A stretch of 64,000 nucleotides of DNA. Source: Trichinella spiralis (taxonomy: Eukaryota). The notes beneath the pieces are model-generated. The model was not told where the DNA came from. It was given only the letters and a program-made list of their open reading frames with translations, and did not search any database. The translations under genes were made by a program, and so were the position numbers. The DNA lies in the NCBI RefSeq assembly GCF_000181795.1, contig NW_003526941.1, positions 5,495,053 through 5,559,052 of the forward strand, in the 5' to 3' direction. Positions 1 to 12,500 of this stretch are shown here, piece by piece (position 1 is the stretch's first letter; each line of letters opens with the position of its first letter).

Positions 1-153
1 GGACAAAATGACTGGCAGTAAAAGCAGTTGAAGAGGAAAGGAAATTAAAAATTATTATTGGACGGTGATTTATAAAATTATAAATAATTAGCGTTGAAGT
101 TTCTTGATTTTATATAGTTTTTGGATGACAACAAGGGGACGAATATCATCATA

Positions 154-3100
154 TCAAGCGGCGTCTACAGGTGATGATGAATCAATTGTCAAACCGTTGA
201 TCATGTTCGAGATGTTTGACTCAGGTCGATTTTGAACAGTCGATACTGGTAGATCTTCCGAATCTTCTGGATAAGCATTTTTACTTCGAAGCAAATCTTC
301 AAGACCTCGCAGATGACCTTTGACCAGCATCAGTCGATTATTCAAACGATGATAATCAGTCAACGAATCGTAATGTATACAGTCGTGAACAACAACGCGA
401 CTTAAAGTTTTGCTCGTTGCCAAACGTTCTACAGTTGTTGTGGCCACATTTTCCAAATTCAACTCGCGAAGGTATAGAATTTGCAAATTTTTAAATATAT
501 CCAATATGAATGTGTAAAAGTCGTTGGTTAAAAATGGCGATCTGACCGGTGAACTGACCAAACACAGCCTGTGAACGCTATTTGCGATTCGTTTGAACAA
601 ACCTAGAAAAGATTAGTTAAGAGAAAAAAAATATTAATAATTACAATATTATAAAAGTTCAAAAAGTTTATTCATCTGCTTACTGATCAGTTGCTTCTCG
701 TGTCGTTCATACGCATGACACGAACATAAATAAACATAGACGATGGATTTATCCCAAAAAATCGGACCATCGTAAGAGACTCGAACGGTCATTCTGTCGT
801 GACCACTCAAATGACCCTCACGAAATATTACGTACAACCAAACGGAACGATCATCATGAGCCGCAGTGTCTAGAACGATTTCACGCCAACGTTTGCTAAC
901 CCGTTCCGCTTTGGTCCTCTGCTTTAAATCGACATAACGAAAAACTCTTCGGCAAACATCGGCAGGAAGTTTTTCAGTAAAATCCATAGCCACTGGTAAA
1001 GTTGGTTCTTCTTCCTGAAATATATGGGTGGTTTTTAAAATAAACAAATAATTCTATTCATCAATTATTAATAATTTCGTTCTTTTCACAATGGAAATGA
1101 AAAATCCTTCTTCGTCTGAAAATCTTACCTCTCCTCTCCTCATAGCCCTCCCACCACACACTGTCGCCTCTTCAAAGACTGAATCTTTGTTGAAATTTTC
1201 AATGCAAAATACAATACCAACGAAAAAAAATATGAAAATATCTTCTGAATAAATATTAAAAAAAATAAAATAAGACAAAATGAAAATACAACGCGCGCAA
1301 TTGGACAAGTATCGACACAAGTATTTCTGAAAATTTAAACAAATCGCATGGGATTGAGTTGGACATGCTCGCAAACAGAGAAAAGTTCGATTCAGTAACA
1401 GCCGATCAAGTAAAGAAGAGCAACAAAGCTCCAGCTAGCCAGCAGCTAGGCCGGCTCAACAACAAATGAAGCAGCATTTCAAACTGGCAAAGCAAAATGG
1501 ATATTTTTCCATAGAAATTTGGTGACATAACTGTTTCGGGGTTTTATTTCGTCAAATGAACAATTTTCTATCTGGTCTATAAAAAATTTTCATTCCCAAC
1601 AAGAAGCGCCGCCAACATCTTCTCCTACTACTACTACTACTACTACTACTATTACTACTATGCATTTATTGACTAACTCGAACTCAATTTACAATAGCTG
1701 ATATTTAAAAAAAAATTTGGACAATTTTCCGGGAAGAAACCAACTGAACAATAACGATAAAGATAAATTATTGAATAGATTAATTTTTAAAAAAATTCAA
1801 AGAAATTAAATTTCATTTAAGCATCAATACTTCAGTTGGTGTTTCTCAGAATGCAATGCAAAATTGCGCCTGGCAAAAAAATTACACGGTCCAATCGTGC
1901 TAGAAATCATGCCATAGATGATTTTTCCTCATCAACAAGCATGTGCAAAAAAAAATTTTTAATTCTTTTCTCAAGCCTCAGCATAAATGAAATGCTTGCA
2001 TTTATTTATCCATTTTTCTATTTATTTATACTTATTCGCCAATTCTGATGAGATAATTATGTATAATTTCCTGCACAGGCACCGGCTTTAATTGCATCAA
2101 TTGCACAGAATAGAGAAAATTGCCTCTTGCCACACGGCATCCATTTGCTTAAAAGATGGCGCTTTTATTGTTCACCACTTCTCTTCAAATTTTAATTATG
2201 CAATTTGTAAAACAAAATTAAAAATAAAAACAACAAATTACCTGTACACACAAATAGATGCAAATTGTAATAGCTTGAAGATTGGAAATGTTCTTTGACA
2301 AACTTAAAAGTATTTTTATGTTTCATTGAAAAATATAAAAGAAAATGAAAAATTTATCATTTCAAATTAACTTGAATATTGATAAAAATCATTCATGAAA
2401 AATATGAAACTGATCATATCATTCTAATTCAATCAATCTTTTTTTCTTAAAATAATTATTTATAAAAACTCACTCAACCTATGACGAAAATAACCAACCA
2501 ACCTGCTCAAAAGCGTATGCATTATATATTTATTACATAGTTGCTGTTTGTTGCAACTTGTTAAAATTAAAAAATAAAATAAAATTATTTTTCAAAACAC
2601 ACCCAATTTCTACTTATTATTGTTAGTTTTTTTCAATAATGCTCATTTGAAAATGGTAATAATAAGAAGAAATATTATTTAAAAAGCTAACAAACTGTTT
2701 CCGATCAATTTTTTTTGTCCGTCATCATTCATACATTCATTCATTTTGTCAAGCTGTCGCAGATTCCATTTTGCAGCACAGAAATCATAACTCAAAAAAA
2801 AGCATTGGTACAGACAAAGAGAGAGAACAGTTTGAAATATCGTTCAATTTCATAAATGTTAATTATTATATTCAACTGACAACAGTTGAGCAACTTTCAA
2901 ATTCAAAAAACTCAACACAACTGAATTTTGCATAAAATTTTCAAGAATTGAAAAAAAAAGAAGGAAGTAAAAAATGAAAAAATCAGAAAATTTTCGTCAT
3001 TTCTAGACATTTTTGTTAAGCAGATTTCAAAAATTTAAATAACTTCATCAAATATAATTCAACTGCCTTTCAAATAATATTAATATAAAAAAAAAGAATG

Positions 3101-4357
3101 CCACTTTCGTCATCATTCATCGTTATTCTTTTATAAAGAGCATTCATCGATTTTTGCACCTAAACCACCATAATGAACTTTGGACCTGAATATCGGAATT
3201 GAATTTCACCAATTCAATTTATGAATGCATAAATCGATTGAAAAAAATAAAGGAAAATTTAAAAAAAAATAAATACAATTATGCCTAAAGATTCGTACAA
3301 TATTTCGCGTTGACTACGTCAAAACAATTTCAAGCTAAAAAGCTAACGTGAAATCAAAAGTCAAAAAAAATATTGATGAAATATACGCACATGTCAAAAA
3401 TATATTTAAAAAATGCACTGATGCAAAAGACAATATTAGCTGCATTTTTGAGGATGTCTTGTACGAAGATACACACCCAAACATATATAAACAAACAGCC
3501 CTACTCCAATATATACGACAAGTGTAAAAGTAGGATGTGAAAGCATTGCAATTAAAATTGTTCAGAAAAAGAAAACAAATTTCTCAATGATAATATAATT
3601 TATGGATGAAAAAAAATGACAACCTATGACAAATATGGATATTAACGTTCTCAAGAATTATTATGATTATTAATACTCTCTATCTTCTTATTCTATTGAA
3701 GTGATTCATCAAATTCGAATAGAACGGCAAAAACACTAACAACTGCAACATGATGACGTAGCAGTGACCTCACTTAATAACGTCACTACAGCCAAGCTTC
3801 AGCTATGAAGTGGTTCTCTGTTACATCAACCCACTTGGGAAATTATGAGATTTGTAAAATAAGAAACAAAAAACAAAACAAAACCTATTATTACGGACAT
3901 AAATAAAAACTGAAAGTATGATTCATATTTGCAAAAATTAACTTCCCATTTTTTCAAATCAAAATACACAAACAAAACTGTTGAACAGTAAAAATTATAT
4001 ATTTGCAAATGTGAAAAGTTCAAAGTGAACAGAGTAAAATTCTCATTACAGTAAGCTGATCATGAGCGTCACTTTTAAAGTTATATTAACGTTTGCGCCT
4101 GTTGCAAATTCAAATTCGACTGTTTTGCACGTAGAATTTCAAAGATGAACTCTACAATTGTTTCCAAGCAATCAATACAAGTTCCATGCATTACAAACAT
4201 TACTAATTTTTCAAAATGGAAAACAAAGTATTTAAAATGAACCAACAATTCATTAATATTATATTGCAATAAAATAATTGAACAAATAAAAATTGCTTAC
4301 CTGGATAACAATTCGAGGTGGTCGAAGTGTACTGAATTTTCTTTTGAACCAACCCAT
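154..4357 (-). CDS. F-box domain protein, copy 1. Common exons 1014-684 and 602-154; alternative phase-0 first exons 4357-4301 (MGWFKRKFSTLRPPRIVIQ) or 1143-1129 (MRRGE)
   Basis: F-box signature LPADVCRRVFRYVDLKQRTKAERVSKRWREIV. GT-AG junctions keep frame (TTTCAG acceptor at 1020-1015; GTAAG donors at 683, 1128 and 4300; CTAG acceptor at 606-603). The C-terminal exon has LRR-like LQILYLRELNL. Confidence 0.8.
1626..1659. repeat. (TAC)n microsatellite
   Basis: tactactactac... run, also present in copy 2 near 54543. Confidence 0.9.
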
Positions 4358-5117
4358 GTTGTTGTTGTTGATGATGATGATGAATAAGCAAATGCAGAAT
4401 GATGAATTTTATGTGTAAGCAGATGTGTTGAATAAAATAATGAAATGTACAAGTTGTAAAGAAAAAGTGAATAAAAGCTGCAACGTTTGGGTCTGAACGG
4501 TGTCTGACTGGGATGGGATCTTTGGCCGCCAATGACGACGATGCTAGAGAACGTCAGCTGTGGCCGTACGTCGACACAAGCCGGCGCCAGACCGCTTCCG
4601 GACGTAGCTAAAATCGCAGCTTTTCTGCAATGCGTTATAATTTTCCTTGCTCTATTCACTCTTCTCTATGTTTTTCCTACACACTCAGTCACTCACTCAC
4701 ACCCACGCATACACATACATACATACATACGCACTCTCTCTCGCTTTCTCTTTTACTTTCTCCGTCTCCTATTTTCTATGTCTATTTCTTCCCACTGCTT
4801 CTTCTTCTTCTTCTTCTTATTCAACACAGCCAATAGAAACTAGCAGAATATGTAAACACACAGACAACAACAGCTTGAAAATGACCGCCTAAGCTGCGAC
4901 CAATCGATCCAGGCAAGACACGCTTCGTTAAATTTCCCACCCGCAATAAGACAATACTGCCTGCATATTTTTCATGCATCACATCCTTTAAAATGCTATA
5001 TTCTTACGGATGATAAAAATTAAGCAACAATAACAACAACTGTTCATCAATTTTTACCATCAACAATCACCAAATTGTTGTTAGTATTATCATCATCATT
5101 GTTGTTATTGTTACTTA

Positions 5118-7461
5118 TCAAGGAAGGGTTGATGGCCACACGTCGCCACCACTGCCACTGCGACCGCTTGTCGAAGGAGCTTGTGAATCTGGGAAAAGAC
5201 GTGCAAAACACTGAGGAATCTCCCGAACCATATCAGAAGCGACCATGCCACGTCGATGTCGTTCAAAAGCACAACGACTACTCTCTCTTGTCAATCTACA
5301 AGCTCCATACGCTGCCACCAACGTTGGCGTATACTGTGCACCACCGGAGCTTTAAATAAAACGAAAAAAGAAAAAAATTTTTTTTTAATATTAATTATTA
5401 ATATAAAATCAAGTTATTATTATTATTCATTTTATTCTGAAACAAATTACTTGCTCTCGACAAACAATTCACTATTTCGCTTCGTCCAATGCAGAAATGT
5501 ACCAAGAACACCGCTGAGCACATCACCCTGACCACCACAACGACGCAAACTGCACGGTTCTGCACATTCCAATACTGAAAAATATATTCATTAAAAAAAA
5601 TTTCCATTCTGAATTGAAATTGACTTTAAATCAACTGACCATGTATACCATCGGAAATAATATCCGTCGGACCTTTGCGAACAACAGTCACATTTTGCAA
5701 CTTCGCCGCCAACAGCTTGACCGCACCGAGAGTGTCTTCCGTAACAATCACCCTACCTTCAAACTGTGTGAAATTTCAAAATTTAATTTTTTTCAATCCT
5801 ATTTCATATATATATATACGCATTGTTAACTTGCAAATTCACCTCAGCTTTGAAAAGACGATCAAATTCAGTAGCATTCGGAGTCATTACGATATTTTTC
5901 AATCCTCGTATTGCATCCAAATTTGTCATCACTGCATTCAAACCGTCCTAAATGTTTTTTTTCTGCCATTTTAATTTTAAATCAAAATTTAAAAATTATC
6001 ACGATAAAATTTTCAGTAAACGAATAGAACAGAGTATAAAATGAATTAGCCGCACTATTGATCATAATTATCGATTAATTGTAAAAGTTGCTGACTGAAT
6101 TAAAGTGGGTATTTTTAGTGCAAGTGTTGCATGAATAATTTGAAAAATTAACACTGTTGTAAAGTTGAATTTCAATCACCAGGTTGCATGTTTGAAACAC
6201 CGACTTGCTCCCACACGCATTGGCTATTATTTGTAATCAGAGGAGAAAATTGCGGCGCTTCCCGTTCGATTCAAAGGGAAGTGATTGGACGTGTATTTCG
6301 ATTTGTATATTAAGCAAAAGTCCCAGCTTGCATCTTCGGCCAATGTGCAAAATTGCAACTAATTTAAACTAACTAAATCGAATACTGCCATAATAAACTG
6401 ACCGCGTTTATGAACCAAAGGAAGTGCTTCATTTCAAATCACAATCGAACCCTGCTTCACTTCATCAATAGACACAATAAAAACTGATCGCAATTACCAC
6501 TGCCAACATGCAAATTTACATAAAAATTACTATAATCTAACTTGGTTTAAATTTGGTGAAATTGAAAACCTTTGCTCAAAAAAAAATCAATCGTCCCAAT
6601 TACAGCTCCTTACAACAACTATCAATCAATATGCATTATGTTGAAATATTTAAAAATCAAAAAAAATAAAATAAAAGTTACCAGTAAGGGACTTATTTTT
6701 ATTGCATTTAAAATTTAAACCATACAAAAGATAACAGCTCAAATTTCATTTACATCACGCATGCGGTTATTACTTTTTGTGCACAAATTATAATTTAAAA
6801 AAAAAAAGATAATATTGAAATTTCAATTTCTACATACCGCATCCACGACAATTGGCATACCAGTGCGAGCCATTTCGCAGACGATACGCAAAATGAATGG
6901 AACGAGTTCAGCGCGACGGCCAATTCCTGGTCCAATGATGATCACATCCACGCGCGACAACACCTCTTCTTGTACTTCAGCGAATGCATCCTGTGTCCTG
7001 TGCGAAGTGAAAAAGGAAAAAAAATTTCAATCAATTGTATCGCTTGTACAAGAAAAAAAATTGCAAAACCAATATCATACAATACTGGAAATACAATCAA
7101 CTCGGGGCTGTATGCTTTAATCGCTTGCCCAGCTTCGGGTGCGCAAATGACAAAACTCAAATCGGCCCCCTGAAAGCAGCAAATCGTCAATTATTCACAC
7201 CAATCGACATCTTCGAACACATCAATACGGTCTTCAAAGCAGAAATAGCTGCAAAGTATGGAGCGCCAGTATATCTATCGTGATCATACTAATTAATAAT
7301 TAAACTGTTGAAGGAAAATATTTCAAAAAAAATAAACAATACTGATAAGAGCCACCGATGACGCAAATACGACCATTCTGACCCTTACGATTCGACTCGT
7401 CCAACTTTGGTACACAGCGCCTTGCCACTTCGAGCACTTCACAGTGACGTTCTGTACACAT
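5118..7461 (-). CDS. NAXD: ATP-dependent (S)-NAD(P)H-hydrate dehydratase (YjeF-C / carbohydrate kinase family), about 8 exons
   Basis: Spliced translation gives [111 protein letters not shown], all hallmark NAXD/CARKD motifs. Confidence 0.95.
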
Positions 7462-9178
7462 GTTCGCTTTTCTTGACAATAACTTCAGCAAATTGAAACG
7501 TCGAAACAAAGCCAGACTATACCGTGATGAAAAGGAAAAAAAATTCAAATTAAAAAAATCCATACAAACAAACTATACAGCAAAATAATAGAAATTTAAT
7601 TTTATCAAACTTACAATAAATAGGGCACTACTTGTTGATAAACAAATTTGAATCAAGTAAAAACAATAAGAAACATATTTCGTCAATCGAAATGCAGAAA
7701 AAGTTAACTGAATAAATGTTGAACAAAACGTTCTTTTAACAAAAACTAAAAATAAAAATATCATCAAGAAGAAGAAGAAATTTACTGTCCAGATTGAATC
7801 AATAATAGAAAACAAAACTGTCTGTGAAGTTCAAAATAAAATGTCGCAAAACTTTTTTTGAAGAAAGTAAAATAATAATGATAATTAAAACAACGTCTCA
7901 AACCGAGGTAGTGGGAATGATATTAAACTTCACTAATTGCAACTTTAAACGTTATAAATTCGAATGTGCATTAATTTTAACTTACGTCCTGAAGAAATAA
8001 TAATTATTTAATTGAAGAATGTAATTTAAAAATTCGATTCAAACGTTACTGAAACTATATCGTACGCAATAGAAAATCAAGTTGTAAGAAGTTGTTGAAT
8101 TTACAGTTGGAAGGAAAGAAAAGACTTTTGACGACAAATAAAATAACTTCACAATGCAATCGTGCAGAGTTTGAAATTTTAAATAAATATTGAACTTTGA
8201 TAGTCAGGATAACAAACAGTGCAACAATTTGATACATTTGAAATTGTTGACAAAACAACTGGATAAAAAAAATCTAAACTTATTAACGTTTAACAGTTTC
8301 TCACGTAAAATTCTTAAGTAAAATAAAAAAAAGATTAGATAAAAATTGTAAAAATGTTGAAATTCTCAATGTGAAATATACAAAAATTGAACAAAAAAAT
8401 TTCACTCACAATGCAACTTTTTCATAATTCGATGTACTATCGATCATCAAATGACAATCACGCTCAATTTCAATTTACTGTATTATTATTCAAATGTTAT
8501 CACGTTTTTTATTTTTTTAATATTGGAAACAAGCAAGCTCAAAAATGAAAAATTGGAAAGTTAATTAAAGAATTATCACTCTGAACTGTGTTTTATTAAC
8601 ATGTTTGAATCAACTTGCTCAATTGTTAAAAATCAAACCATTAATTAGTTGTGCTTCTTTTGGAAAAATAATAAATGTTAATCATTTATGTCAATGGACA
8701 AGTTCAACGATAACGATAATGTGATAGACCGATTAGCAGTAGTGATGAATTAAATTGTGATGCGGATTTTAAAAACACACTCCCAACATGCAATATTGTC
8801 GAATTAATTTTCAAAAATAATTAACAAAACTGGTTTCAATTTAAATAATTGCATATGAATTAATTGAAAATTAATTCCTGACTGAGGATATGCGTGTATT
8901 TTTTTTCTTCCTAGTCGTAAAATTTAACAACAGAGGTAAGATTGGTTTGATTGACGGCAAAACTGAGACCGACGCAAATGTTTTGGTTTAAAGTTTTAAG
9001 CGAAGAGGACGTCTGAGTCGGGATTTCGCCTCGCCGCCTACAACATATCCGGCCAGCATTTTGCTTGTTTTGCTAAACACGCGGCGCGTAGTAGCTTCGA
9101 CTAAAGTGAATTGAAGAGCTTACACTTACGACAGCCGCTTCACAACATAACGTCCCGTTGAAGACGAAGCATCGACGT

Positions 9179-9210
9179 ACACACACACACACACACACAC
9201 ACACCACACA
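9179..9210. repeat. (AC)n microsatellite upstream of the hemicentin-like gene
   Basis: acacacacac... run. Confidence 0.9.
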
Positions 9211-9326
9211 CTGACTGGATTGCTATGCTAACGGCTGACGTCTTTTCCTCATTGCCAGTCCCTCAAGTCCTCCTCAACTAACTCTCATCCAACTTTGGGA
9301 TCTTCACTTTGTAACACTGCCCCAAA

Positions 9327-9499
9327 ATGCTTAACTTCGCCTTGTACACTTTGCTTCAACTTTTGAAACTGTCAGCAGACGCAGCTCAGCTAGAATTTGG
9401 CACATTCAAAGCTGCCGTCTACCACGGTGCTACGGTTTCACAACACCAATCACAACATCACTTCAAAATGACAATACCAAATGCAAATTTCTACAGCCG

Positions 9500-9530
<31 letters not shown>

Positions 9531-12500
9531 AACAACCAAGAAGGCATGTCTTCGTTGACTTTTGTCATCGACACCACAGGATCCATGTACGATGATTTGC
9601 AACAAGTGCGTGAAGGTTATGAGCGCATTTTTGAGACCGTCGCCGAACAGAAGGATCGTCTCATTTACAATTACGTACTCGTACCGTTTCACGATCCTGG
9701 TTTGTATTCGTTTATTTATTTATTTATTTATTTATTTGTACATTAAACTCTTCAATGCCATGTGAAATGCTAATTTATAACGGTTGAAACAACAGTAAAA
9801 TAAACCAATAAAACAACTAGAGAAAGCATCAATGTAAACTTATTTTACAGTACGCCTGTTTGTTAGATGAGTGAAATGAATTTCCAATTCGATTGCAAGA
9901 TGATAGATAATAGATTAATAGATTCAAAAAGCTTTTGAAAATGTAAACAAAACCGATATCGATCATTTTCTTATTATTGTTAATATGAACAATAACGGTT
10001 ATAAAAGAAAAAAATAAATTTGCAATCGTAATAATAAAAGTCAAAACTTACCACAAGTTAACAAGCGTCCAATTCCGATGACTGCGTTCGTCAAAGAAAA
10101 CAAACGCAAAGCGTCATATACGCGGTAACCCGCGTATGCAAATTTTCACATACGTCAACATAAATTTGCATTATTGAGGAAATTCTAATTTGAAAAAATT
10201 TGGAAAACCACTTTAGTATTGAAATCATTTTTTTTAATATGCAAAAGTATACCATTTAAAATTTCAGAAGTAAAATCTCCGATTGTGACACAAGATGGAA
10301 ATTATTTGAGAAAACAACTAGACGCCATAGACGTACAAGGCGGAGGCGACTGCCCGGAGATGACGTTGACCGGTATAAAGCTTGCCTTGCAATCATCACT
10401 GCCAGCGTCTTTTATTTATGTTTTCACCGACGCCCGAGCTAAAGATTATCACCTACTCGACGAACTTGTCGCTCTGGTACAAGAAAAGCAAAGTCAAGTA
10501 AACATTTCAAAAAAAATCTTATTATTAAAAAATATTTTGGCGATTGAAAATATAATAATTCGAAATATACCGTTTTGCCGACATTCTAGATCGTATTTGT
10601 TATGACCGGTGATTGTGGAGATCGAACTCACCCAGGATATGTTGCTTTTGAAAAGCTGGCCTCCATAAGCAGCGGTCAAATATTCCACCTTGACAAAGCG
10701 GACGTGAACAAGGTAAGCGACAAGCTGCTTGATTTTATGCAAATTATCCACAGTCCAATTGCTGACCAATTTCCAAACAGATCATCGAATACGTGAGAGT
10801 GAGCTTGCAGACCAGAGCAGTTCGCATTGTAGCCGAAGATAAAGAAGAATCTGGCAATTTTGAAATCCAATTTCCCGCAGATTCGCATCTTTTTGAAATG
10901 GTCGTCTCCGTCTCTGGGGAACGGCCACAAATTAAACTAATTGATCCTGAAGGTAGCGTGATCGTCTATTTCACTTTTTTTCATCGATACTGTGCAAATT
11001 TTCAAGTAAAAAAAACTTCAAATTTATTATTTACTTTTGAAAATAAAATTTCAGTTCTGTGTATTTCAAAAAATTTAATCCCGCTTCAGCGTTCAATCGC
11101 GTCATTCACTAAAGCCATTTCAAATGTTCAAGTATTTTTTACTTGATGCTCACTTGTAGATACTGTAAAATTTATTTTGTTTACTTTTTGTTTTTTTTGA
11201 TAATTTGTTTGATAAAAATTTATTGTTGATGTTTTTTTGAAAATGAAAATTTTTTTTAATTCATTATTATTCCAGGGCAAGTGGTGAAAGGCAGAAATGT
11301 AGTACAATTGAGTAACGTCATTGTTGAAGCTGTGACCAAGCCGAAGCCAGGTATATGGACTCTAAAGGGCTCTTCATTTGGACGACGCTCAGTTCGAGTA
11401 ACGGGCAAGAGCAATTTAGATTTCAAGCATGGATTTTCACCTTTCCCAGATTCATACCATTCCAAACTGCACAATCAACCCATTTCAGGTTTTTCCAGTT
11501 GTCTTTTTTTTCTATTTGATATACTGTATTATTGTATTTTTATTTCAGGGCAGTCTACACATTTGATAGTCAATGTAACTGGACTCCCTCGTCCTGGTAT
11601 TACTACAGATGCTGAATTTATCAACTTACGTGGCGAGGCAATTTTCAACGGTCGCCTTCATGCGCACAGTACACAGTTTGGTGTTTATTATTTGGACGCA
11701 TTTACACCTCCAGAAGGTCACTTTTACGCTAAGGTTATGAACAGGAAATGTCTCATTTTTAATACGAAATTACTTTTCATTTCCGGTTTTTTAGATCATC
11801 GGTGTGGATGAACATAATTTCAAATTTCAAAGATTATCTCCATCAACAGTTTGCTCAAGGGTGGTACGACAACTGCCGATCGTGCTCATGCCGAAACACA
11901 CTGAAGTGATGCTTTTTCACAGTGTGAGCTTGACTTGCGCTGTTCAAAGCAGCATACCGTATACTGTTGCCTGGTACAAAGGCAACGACGAGCATCTCAG
12001 TGGACCATTATATTTTGAGTAAATTATTCATTTTGTATTGAAACCAGTTTGATCGACTTTCTGACTTTTCGCGAACTTTTCAGACACTCCGAAACCATCA
12101 CTTGGACTATTCCTACAGTTACTCATAGTGATGCCGGATATTATAAATGCTCAGTAAGCAGTCAGGCAGGCAACGTTTCCGGACAAACCTACCTTGAAAT
12201 ACGAGGTTTTTTTCTTGCAACTTATTTTAAAATTATTGTTTTATTTTTTGCATAACTGTTTCTTTAGAACCTCCTTTACACGTTAGTTCACCCAAAGTGT
12301 ACACATTTCCAGAACACACGCCCGCTTATGTGGACTGTACTCACGATGAACCCAGCATGGCAACCATTACATGGCAGCGACGCGGAGAGCCGTTGCACAA
12401 CACTGATCACATAGTATTTTTGTCTTTTATTGTATACATGTTAATTTTTATTTCTGACAGTTATTTCTGTAGAGAATTTTTCCAAATGGAACTCTGTTGA

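Larger units (their letters stand above)
1..4468 (+). repeat. Copy 1 of a ~4.5 kb near-identical direct duplication (copy 2 at 52889-57419)
   Basis: Sequence from base 1 (ggacaaaatgactggcag...) matches from 52889 onward; identical ORFs at 154-600 and 53042-53488, with scattered SNPs and indels. Confidence 0.97.

Noticed and set aside
6200..6350. B-box-like GTTCGATTC in a hairpin loop within a NAXD intron (tRNA/SINE-like?)
   Set aside because: No A box at proper spacing and no cloverleaf. Nearby ATTGG/CCAAT boxes alone do not justify a promoter call.
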